The notes below the pieces were generated by a model, which was given only the letters and a program-made list of their open reading frames with translations, was not told the DNA's origin and did not search any database. A stretch of 64,000 nucleotides of DNA from the NCBI GenBank assembly GCA_964016885.1, contig OZ024742.1:262012001-262076000 (forward strand), given 5' to 3'. The translations under genes and the position numbers were made by a program. This document shows positions 48,201 through 60,200 of the stretch, piece after piece (the stretch's first letter is position 1; each line of letters starts with the position of its first letter). The stretch comes from Eledone cirrhosa (taxonomy: Eukaryota).

Positions 48201-51200
48201 AGATTAAACTTTTAAGACAGGTCTGGCATTACTGGCAAGAAATTCCTTCAAAATTATTTTAGAAACACTAAGCTACTAGTAGCATAATTGATAGAAAAAA
48301 TATGCAAACTTCAATCATTTGTGTGAAACAGAATTAAAAAATCTGCAATAAAAGTAGAGAGGATTTAGCCCTGGTTTTAGAATAGGTATACTGTATGAAT
48401 AAAGTATCTGTTGAGTTTTGAAATGAATGAATTATTTTAATAATCTGGAAGAATTCTTAGAATCTAACTAAATTTCGCTGTTACTTCTTGCAGACAAAGA
48501 CAACATGGGAGCATAGAGTTGATTCTTACTTCAACTATTGTCATCTTTTTAACTATATTCTGAGTAAGTATTTATTATATTTTTACTTAATTTTATTTTC
48601 CTTAATACTCTTATCATATTTCTACTGAAATAGACTACCAATGTGTATGAAATCATTTTGAAAATGAACAAAAAAAAATTGTTATTAGTTCATATATTAA
48701 GTTGGTATTAAAATGGACGCAATAAAATCTGTAAAGTTGTTTGTAGTAGGAAGGGCATCCAACTGCAGAGATTTTGCTGAGACTTTCCATTTGTGTCAAA
48801 TACATGACAACTTCCCTAGTTCTGGTACTACTTTAAATGAACTATGTACACACTAGAATACAGAAATGTGTGTAAGCAAGATACTGTACCTGGCCTATCT
48901 GAAAGGGAAAACAGACATTAAATGATGATTAGTTGCTATAGAAATTGCATATATTGTTGGACCTCTGTCACTTCTAATGATGTGTGTTCCAGTTGATTTA
49001 ATCAATGGAATAGACTGCTTGTGAAGTTAATGTGCAAGTGGCTGGACATTTCAGGCACATGGTCCTTAACATAGTTCTTAAGGAGATTCAGCATCTCACA
49101 AGACTGGAAATAAGCTGAAATGAAATTTACACCTTTGACCTATGCAAGTTTAGCTGGCCTTCTACAAAGTTGCAACTCATAGGAGGTTTATCAGGCATTT
49201 TAATTATAGGTCCTCCAATCCTATCATGAAAAGCAATATGAAATGAAGTGTCTTGATAAAAAAACATACTGCTCTACCCAGTCAAGGAATTGCACCCACA
49301 ACCTTATGGTTGTGAATGTCATAGGATTTGCACAGTATTTGTTCCAGCTGTCAGTGCTCTAAGATCAACTTTGCCTTTCATTCTTTTGAGTACTAATTCT
49401 TCCTCTCTTTCTCTCAAATCAGCTGTGTTCTGACCTGAATGAGCTCTGCCAGGTTTAAATGCCAAAGACAGGTTGCATATAAAGACAGCACTCCTATGAT
49501 TCTATCATGAGTTAAGGACGCATGCACGCACATCCACCGCCTAATCTGGAGCAAAACATTCATGATTAGTCTTCCTATCATGTACTTTTGAAGTCACGAT
49601 GCTAAAATGTTCCTAAATGTTTCAGTATAACTAAAACATTTTTTTGTTTGTTTTTAATTTCATGTATAAATAGATGAGAATGGACCAGTTGCTTTGGATT
49701 TGCCTAACCAGTGGTTATGGGACATCATAGACGAGTTCATTTACCAGGTATGCCTACTTTGAATATTAAATTTTCTCCTTTACTTGTAATAGGAAAAAAA
49801 TGCTGCTAGGTTTATCTCCTTCACTAATTTTTTAATCCTTTTGTTACCATATTTCTAATGATTTTGATTTTCAAATAATTTTGGAAATAATCAACTATTT
49901 GGAAGGATTTACTCATAACTTTCTTGTTATTAATTTGGTGTTTGGAACGTAACTTATCACAGGTTCTTAACCTGTGATGAAAAGTTTTGACATAAATATG
50001 AATACTTTAAAATTAACTTAATTCTTAACATCCTCTACCACATTAACAAAACATCTTGAGAAGTACAAAACAAAACTGTGACTGCATCACATTTAAAGTT
50101 GTTTTTAATTTACTGCACATTTTCACAACAATCTATCCACTGATATTAACAAACCCACTTTTAGATGTTTTTGCTAAATCATTGCAAGATGTTAAGAGAT
50201 GTTTTTGCTAAATCATTGCGAGATGTTAAGAGTTAAGGAATGGTTTTTATGCTGAAAGCTTTAGATTTTTAAATAAATTTGACCAATGTTTCAAAAGCAT
50301 TGGAGTGTTTCAGTGGTTAAGTTGCAGGCTTTGAGGTGTTGGTTCAAATGAATTCATGAATATTGGCAGAAATGAACCAAGATGATGTAGGTGTTTAAAA
50401 TAAATGTAAACATTTTTATTATTAGTATTATCTGTTGCTCCATACCTTCGCATATCCTCAAAATTCACTGCCCATTTCTCACTACCATGCAAAGCGCACT
50501 TCACATACAGGCATTATGCATAGGAAAAATTGATCAACTATATGTCATTTTGTATTGTGAGACACATTCAGCTTGGCAAAGATAGCATATTAACACTTAA
50601 TATCCTGTAATGATTTTGCAGAACCTTCTAAAGATAGGTTTGTTCAAATGTTTATAGTATCTTTATTATTGAACAAAACTTTATAAAAATGTGTAATATT
50701 AAAGACTTTACTATTTAATGTGCTTTAGCTAATTATGACTCCTAATGTCCTGTAACGATTTTTGCTGAAAATATCTAAAAACAGGTTTGTTTATTGAAAT
50801 GCTTATATCTTTACTAGTGAACAGATTGTGAAAATATGCAGTATTATAGTAAAGACTTTGTGATGGAGTAATAATGTTGTTTTGTATTTTTCAAGAATGT
50901 CTTGCTAATGTGATACAACGTTAATAATTAATTGGGTCACAATCTTCTTTTACAGTTTCAGTCGTTCACAATCTATAGATCTACGATTGAACAGAGAACA
51001 CTCCAAGAGAAAGATGCATTACAGAGTCAGCCTAAGGTTAGTTTTTTAGATCTTGATGTTTTGTGAAATTGCAAGATTTTATAAAATAAATGACATGGTA
51101 TGTGGTGTGCAAACACAAACATGTATGCATCCGTTCCTCACCTAACAACCATAGATTTTAACAACCCCTTGCATTTACAACTGTAAATTTTTTATGCATA

Positions 51201-54200
51201 CATATTTATATGTCATGTACTTTAATTTCTTTTATGTAATTATTTATATTACATATGTTCTCAATCTAGCAAATCTTTATTTTGTATGTTTGTAAAAGTT
51301 TATACTTGGTCGTCAGAAGACATTAAAACAATATCTAAAAATACTTTAGAACACAGTTGTTGGAAAAGAACCTGGTTGTTAAGTGAAGAATGGCCATACT
51401 TTATTATAAAGTGATAACAATTTTAGCTTTTTCTTTTTTTTATTTATTTATTTATTTTTTTGTTACCTTGCTGAAGTTTCACTGCTGTTTTGTTGTAGGT
51501 TTGGAATGTTCACAGTGTCCTGAATGCTCTTCATTCCCTTGTTGAGAAGTCCAACATCAATCTTCAGTTAGAAGTATACACTAGTGGTGGTAAGTTCTGG
51601 TATATCTTATTAACTCCTAACATTCTGTACCATTTGAAACCATATCCACAAGAAATTCTTGGAAAATACAAAACGGCATTGAACCTTCATAGGTGTGAGG
51701 TGTATATTTTTTCTTCTAGGACACAGTTTCTGCTGTCAAGAAACTTTTGATGGGACACACAACAAAGCATTTTAAGACTATCCTCCCAACTAAAGCAGAG
51801 GTTATCTTTACAGGCTCCATCCATGACTAGCTTAATCATACTCATCATGGTGTTCTTTTTGAGTCAATTCTTTACAACCACATGCCCTTCCTGACATCGT
51901 CCCGTTCAGTTGCCTCTTATGACATGCAAAGATAAAGTGTACTTATTCTAAATTGGACACGCACATTCTTTAATTTTGTCATGCTGGTGCACTATCGCCT
52001 CAGAAAAATTAATCATTTCACTAAACAGCAACATTGGACCCAAGATATACAGTAGCCTTGTTAGGCAGAACAGTCAGCACTGAAGTGCATGCCACTGAAT
52101 TATTAAGAAGCAAATGTAGCTATACATAGGCATGTAGGTATAGTTAAAGGTTCACTTCACAAGCATGTAGCTCTGGGTTCAGTCCCACTATGTGGCACCT
52201 TGGGAAAATATCTTCTACTATAGCTTCAAGTTGACTAATACCTTGTGAGTGAAATTTTGGAGGTGGAAGCCTGTTGTGTGTGTGTATGTCCCATAATTTA
52301 GAAGTGTGACAAAAAAAAAAGTACTAAATTGAAAGAAAAAGTACTCAAGCAATATAATTGACTAAAACTGTGTCCAGCATGGCTGCAGTCAAATGACTAC
52401 AGCACCACAAACTTTTTTAGACCATTTTCCTTGCTAAAACCAAGTTATCCTTGTCAATGACAAGCTTCATGCACATCATAGGGTCCTTTTTGAAGCAATA
52501 TTTTACAACCATATTCTCTTCCTGGCCCCAGCCATTTTGGTCACCCCTATGATACATTGGGATACAGTGTATCTATTCTAAACCGGATATACCCAGCAAA
52601 ACATTAAGGTTGATATGATCGACCAAATCAAGATGATACCTCAGTATGTTGCAGTCTAATGACTAAAGCTAGTAAAAGAATGCTTTAAATGTATATTACA
52701 GCAGTTTTAACATTTTAATTTCCTTTGGTATTCCAGGTGACCCTGACAGTGTTGCAGGTGTTTTTGGACAACATGCTCTCTACAAGATGTTGGGTTATTT
52801 CAGTTTAATAGGCCTTTTGCGAATGCATTCACTATTGGGTGATTATTATCAGGCATTGAAGGTTCTGGAAAACATTGATTTTAATCAGACAGTAAGTTGA
52901 TTTTTTTTTTTTTCTACTTTAATTTTATGCATCATTCCTTGTCTATTTTTCCATGCAGACATAGATTGTGTGTTTATAAAATAGCTTCAACGTGGTTGTA
53001 AAATGAATTGGTCAGTACACTAATTTCTCACTTTACTACCTAGTTCCATTCGACTAACAAAGTTGTATAGCAAATTGGTGGGTAAACAAAGTTCTCATTT
53101 AATGAACACATTCCATTCTAACGACATAGTCGAAAATATCTGATGTTTTAATGCTCCTGAGGGGGTGATAGAATCCATGAAAGTATAAAAAGTTATCCAG
53201 TCTCAGTTTTATATTAAATGGATTATCTAAATAAAGATATTACTAAATGTCTAATAGAAACACTATCTTAGTAACTGTAAATTGGTTGTATTTTACAAAA
53301 CTCTTACAATCATAAAAAAAAATTATTTCGAAACATTGAAAAATGGATAAAAAAAAAATGACAAAAAAGAAATTTTAAAATAATAATAATAATGAAATTA
53401 TTGTGTACAGTGCTCAGGTGCACTACAACTCATCAAAGATGCATGTATAGTACATCAAATAATATACAAATGTCAGGGAAGTGAATAGTGTATGAGTCAT
53501 GATATACATGTGTGCGTGTGTATGGAGGGGGAATATTAGGTGTAGTGTTAGCGAATCTCGGGAAGCATGGAGGTTTTAAAGGATGCAGTGTCTCGACAGC
53601 TAATAACTGATGCTGGTAGTTAGTTCCATGCTTCAGCAAAAAAATGTTTCTAAAGGTCATGGGAGCTGTGCTGTTTTCTGACTTTGCTGCCATGCCCACG
53701 TGTGTTAGACACATGGAAGTCAAAAAGGTACTCAGGGTTGTTGTTGGCACGATGGTTAATAATTTTGTGGGTGTTTACCAAGTCAGTTGCCAGATGTCGG
53801 AGCTTCAATGTATCCATGCCCAGAGAAGCAAGGCGTTCAGATGTCTGATGGAGGATATTCGCTTGGTTGCACGTCTCTGAACAGTTTCCAGGCGGTCAAT
53901 GTTCTGAGCAAGATAGGGGTTCCAGACTGGTGATGCAAATTCTAAGTGTGGTTACACCATAGCTATATACAGCTTTAAATAGATAGCTGGAGAGCGGCTG
54001 ATAAAGGTCTTGCTGGGTGATGCTAAGACACCCTCATCCTTCTTGACAATTTTAGAGACGTGCTTCGTCCAATGCAAATCGCTGCTGACAGTAATGCCCA
54101 GGTCATGTTCACAAGAAGACTTCTTGATATTAGTGTTGTGGAGGAAGTATGTGGATGCTGGGTTTTTACTCCCAAAATGTATGGTGGTACACTTGAGTTG

Positions 54201-57200
54201 CCAGTCTGTGATCCATTGTTGCATTGTGTCCAGGTCAAATTGCAGGCAAGATCTATAGTGTTCAGGATCTGTCCTCTTTATCTCAAGGTATAACTTGATG
54301 TCATCTGCATATTTCAGTGCTGTAGCATTCTTTAAGTTGGCATCTATGTCATTAATATATGCCACAAACAAAAGGGGGCCATGAACAGATCCCTGTGGTA
54401 CACCAGATGACATCTCATACGGTGAGGAATGCTTGTCCTAGAACCGTGACTACCTCCTTTCGACTGAGAATGAAGGACTTCAACCAGTTAAAAAGATCAT
54501 CCTTCACACCCATTGCAGAGATTATTGCCACAAGTCTTTTGTGTGGCACAGAATTGAAAGCTTTAGCAAAGTCAAGGTAAACAACATCCACCCATGAGCC
54601 GCCATCAGTGATCTGGATGATGTCTTCAAGAAACTTGTTAAGTTGATCACAGCAGCTGGAGTTAGGGATAAATCCAAATTGCGAGGGCCGGATAAAACAG
54701 AGTTCCAGAAGTTCCAAAGTGTTTCTCTGACACAGGATTCCATTAATTTGGCAATGCAGCTAGTAAGACTGACTGGACGATAGTTCACGGGTGATGTGCG
54801 GTCACCCTTTTTGAACAGAGAAATGACACTGGCAATTTTCCACTGTTCTGGAGTAGCACCATTGTTCAGACATAATTGGAAGAAGCGTGATAGCTGGTGC
54901 AGAAGGAAGTACCCACCACGTTTGAGAAGCAGGTACGTAACACCATCAAGTATGTACATAACATAAATATTTTCCCACAAAAAATTTACTGCCATAAATG
55001 TGAGCTGTTGTTAACTGAAATGGTTAAGTGAGTGGCTGTATTTGGAAATGGCAAATATTGATTAATCAGTATAGGGAACCATAGGGGTGCTGTCATGTTA
55101 CACAGCATGTCTCTGGCATTTAAACCTGGCAGAGCCCATCCTGCTGAACACAACTGCTTTCTTCCAGGGGAAGAATTGACCAGTTCTAGACTGGTACTTT
55201 ATTTATCAACCCCAGAATGATGAAAGCTAAAGTTGACGATGGCAAAATTTAAAAAGTGCGGAGAACTAGAATGAATACCACAAAGCTTTCTAATAGTTCT
55301 GCTAACTGTTAACTTGAGGAAATATCTTTTCCTGGCCTAGTCGTTAAGTTTTTTTCTGAACGGTTTCTAAAATCTAACAATATCCAATATTCTCACTTTC
55401 AGAATAAATATTCTTGTGTGCCAGCATGCCAGATCACAACATTTTATTATGTGGGATTTGCCTACATGATGATGCGCCGTTACCAAGATGCCATCCGTAC
55501 CTTCTCCAACATTTTACTCTATATTCAACGTACTGAACAGATGTTCCAGTACAAGGTTCAGCTGTATGACCAGGTATGGATGTAATTGTTAATTTTTCAA
55601 TTATATTTTAATCCACTACATTGTTCCTCTGGAATTTTCTCTCTACATGTATCTTTCCTGCAGGAGTCAACCTGCAATAATTTAAACTGAACAGCAACAG
55701 CATCAATCTCATTGGTCTTAGACCTACAAAGATCATGGGCATAGCCTATTCCTCTAGACCTAATAAATAACCCACAGTCTCACCCTGTTTTAAAGCCATT
55801 TTCTCTATTACAGCTAGAGTTAGCTTTGCAGGCCAATGACAAGCTTCTATATTACCTTTGTTTTTCTTGGTCTTCTCCTTTACTTTCTTCCATAACATAT
55901 GCCCAACCATCTCATTCCATCACTATCTCTATTACTATCACAAAGTTGAATTCATCACTGACTCTGTTTTCATTAATCCTCTGCAATTCATTGCCTGTCT
56001 TTCCAGCCTCTTCTGTTGCTCCATGTTCATCACTTGTTTCACTCCCATGAATCATTAGTCCAATATGGCACAATAACTGTGAGGTTAAAGTACTGAACAT
56101 AGATTTATGAATTCAAATGTTATAGCCATTGTATTATGCCCTTCCATAAAACATAATATTACTTGTTTCAGTTTTATTCACTTGGTATGGTATCTAGATA
56201 TGAGATAAATTTTTCAACATCAAAAACTGGCTTTGATTAATATCACATGATTGGCAAGATAGTTACTTTTATTTGTTTAACCTTTTTTGATACCAAACGA
56301 CTTGAAACTGGCCTAGGTTCTAAGATGTGTTTATAATTTAAAGTGTTTCACCATCATTTTATGTAAGAACCTTTAAATTATGTTCCAAGCACTTCATAAA
56401 TAATGAATTCCAGGTAAAATTAATTTTCATCTTGTTGGGTGGACTGGAGCTATGTGAAATAAAATGTTTTGCTCAAGGACACAACAGCCATCAGGAATCG
56501 AACTGACAAGCTTATGATCATGAGCTGAAAACCCTAACCACTAAACCACATGCCTTCACTAACTTACCTTTAATTATATGATAAAAATTTCAAGAAAAAA
56601 AAGTAGGTTGCAGCTCACACTTTATGTAGGCTTAGCTGGCTTCATGCAAGGTAGTGTCTCTTGGGTGTTTTAATGAGTGTGGCAACATGAAATGTTTTGC
56701 TCAAAAACACAATGCATCACCCAATCAAGGAATTGAACCCACAACCTTATGATCAGGAGTCCAACACTAACCAATAGACCATGCACCTTCACAAAGCAAC
56801 TGCTGATGTTATTGTTATCAATGTTGCACTTTTCACTTTCAGATCAACAAAATGAATGACAAAATGTACTTGCTGTTGGCCATCTGCTTGGTTCTTCATC
56901 CAATGCGCATTGATGAAAGTGTTCACTTCAGATTACGTGAAAAATGTGGAGATAGTATGCTGAAAATGCAAATGGGGTGAGTATTTTTTTTTATCTTTTA
57001 CTCTTTTATTAGTTTTAGGGATTTAGTTGATCATATCAACCCCAATACTTATTTTTCTTTTTTCAAGTCTAGTATTTATTTTATCATCTTTTTGTTAAAG
57101 CAATAAGTTACAAAATAAACACACACACACATAGATATAAATATGATTACTTTCAGTTTTCATCTACAAAATTTCATTCACAAGGCATTGGTTAACCTAA

Positions 57201-60200
57201 GACTATAGTTGAAAATATTGCCCAAGGTGCCATGCAATGGGACAATCCATAACCACAAGCAAAGTTTTTTCACACATTAGCTTTGCTTTGTTAGAATTGA
57301 TGAAAATATGGTTGACAGTGACCTTGGGCTTTTAATATTTTGTAGGTATCTTCTCTTAATGTCTCTTTAGGGTGTCCATATTATAATCCTTACTATTACA
57401 GCTATATAGTCCTTTTGTTAAGTAGAAGAGATAAAGCAGCGCTCAGATGGAATACGTTCTTGTACTGTGTGTGTGTTTACCTATGCAATGTGATTACAGA
57501 ATCCAACACAGATATTGTCAGCCAGTCACAATTCCAACAGTAGATACCATATATTTAAAGACAAGATAATAGCTAAAAATCTGACTTGATTCTGCCTGTT
57601 TATGTTTTTAACTGTCCCACTTGCCATTTACACCATCTCAGAGAAAGGCTTTGGTGTAACTGCATTGCTGATAAGTTCATATCATGGGCACCTTTTGATG
57701 AGTTACAATGATCACAAATTTAGAGGATTCAACGAAGGCAAAACTGGCTTTAAAAAAAATTCAAGCTTGTGTAAATTCACAGCTTTCTTTGGCAACATCT
57801 CACAGCCATATAGAAGGATAGTGCAAACAAGTGTTTGTTATTGTCTGGATAGAATACCAGTTTATGGCAGGTTATATGATATCTGTTATCATCAGATTGT
57901 GTTTGAAGGCAATATTGAATAGTTTCATCCAGGAGCAATGAAATACCACACTAGCATGAGTTGTATGCACTGTCATGTTTTGAGACTAGATTGATCTGAG
58001 GACTACACCATGCCCATACATTTCATTTTAGCATGATTTCTACTTTTGCATAGCCTTTCTCTTGCCAACCACTTTAAAGAGTGTACTGGGTGCATTTTAT
58101 CATGGCACCAGCACAACCACTGTATAGAATGTAATGGGTGCATTTCATGATGACTAACACTTTGCAAGGTGAACTGGGTGTATTTTATCGTGACACCAGG
58201 ACTATCACTTTACAGGGTACAGTGGATGCATTTTATCATTCCACTAACACTACCATTATACAATGCATCGAGTGCATTTCATTGTGGCACTACTGTGTTC
58301 AGATTTGTTATTTTAAAACTGCTTCATTGACAAAGATGTTTATTATGACAGGACAAGAAGAATATGCAATGGTTTAAAGTTATTAAAAATGTTAATACCA
58401 AGCCACCTGTTTCTATAATTTAATACTGTTTATTTTTAAATGTTTATATTTATAAAAAATCTTTCCTTCATAATGTTATGTAAGAATGATTGTTATGTTC
58501 CAGACCAACTTAATGATGTGAAAATTAGCTATATTACTAAATCACTTCAAATTCTTCATTATTATCAAAATTATTTGAAAATTATAGGTAATGTCTTTCA
58601 TTATAAAAATGGTAATGAAGGATTTGAGTTGGATTGTAAAAGATGACATTTTCTACATGCTTGCTTATTTGAATCTCCTTTATCGATCCTAACTTTATTT
58701 TGTTATTTATAAATTTCTAGAAGCATGTCTGATTTTGAGCAGTGCTTCAGTAGAGCCTGTCCGAAGTTCCTGTCTCCTGTTACACCTGATTATGAAAAGG
58801 AAAATCTGAATTTCAGCAAGGTATCTCCATTTTATACATTTAGATATTATATATTTGAAACTAAGCAGCAATATTGCCTCATAATCCTCACTCTTGCATG
58901 ACCTGTGAATTTGTTTGCAAATCTTTAGCGGGTCTAAAATATCATACCCAACTGAATAATAAACTGAATAGGTTGTTGGATCCACAGATATTGAAATTGA
59001 CTGGAGAGTCCATCATATATATATCCAGTGGAGTTCAGTGTGGCTATGGTTATGGCTCAAGAAATGAATAGAGATTGAGATTCCTGGAATTTTATGATGC
59101 AAATGAACTAACCATTTGCAACACAAATTTCAGAAAGCCAACCAGCCACCTTATCTCATATCAATCAAGTGAACACAAAAGTCAAATTGACCATTTACTT
59201 GTTAGACAACAAGAAAATGAACTAATAAATATTAAGGCTTTCTTTGGGGGTGGAATGCACCACTCAGCACAAGTTAGTTATTAGTGACATCAAAATAAGC
59301 ACGAGACAGAATAAGACATGCAGGAAAATCTGGAAGCTAAAGGACCTCTTGATTAAATATAAGTTTAGAAAGGCCCTATGGGATGCATTTGATGAGAGAA
59401 GTGATGAGCTAGATACCTATGATGTAGAGGACAGCTGGACATTCTCATGAGACAACCTTTTGAAAATTATGGATGAGACTTGTGACTGGAGTAGAGCACC
59501 AGCCAGTCAGAGAGTGACTTGGTAGTTGAACAGCTCAGTGGATAGAGCCATCAAAGCCAAGTGACAGACATGGAAAGACTGGTAAAATGGGGTAGCAGAG
59601 ACCGGCATTAGGTGGCTAAGAAAGAAGCTAGGCAACAGGTATACATAGCTTGGAGAGAGACTGAAGAAAGAAAGTTTGTTAACATCCTGAGATGTGAAGT
59701 GTTCTGCATTGCATGGCAGTGTGTTAGAAACAACACTGGTGTATTTAACACCACTGATGCTCAAAAGGAAGAGGCCTGGAAATGTTACTATGAAAGACTG
59801 ATGAATGGGAGGAAGAGAAACTACCCCCAGGCCAGCCATTGAAGTTGACAGTTATAGGGTTAAAGAAGCTATCAAAGAGCTAAAAATTGATAAAGCTGCA
59901 GGACCACCAGAGATAACTGCTGAGATGCTAAAAGCATCGGGAGAAGTAGGAGTCAAACTAGTAACTCGCATAGTTAATCAGGTAATACAGGATGGTGTCG
60001 AACCCAGTTTCACTTATGTACTCACAGGATCATAAGACAAGACTTTGAAGGTTTTGTAAATGTACAGGTGAAACTCCAGAGTAACAAACTCATCATTTAG
60101 CCATAATAAAGAATATTTAAACTTTATGTACTTCAATATTGAATACTCATTTTCACACCTGTATATATACACACATTTAGAGACTTGCTGTCTTTCATAC

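Noticed and set aside
53150-53190. CTGAGGG..GAAA string, and CTGAAGA..GAAA at ~60226-60250
   Set aside because: The stems cannot be formed convincingly; at most heavily decayed relics.
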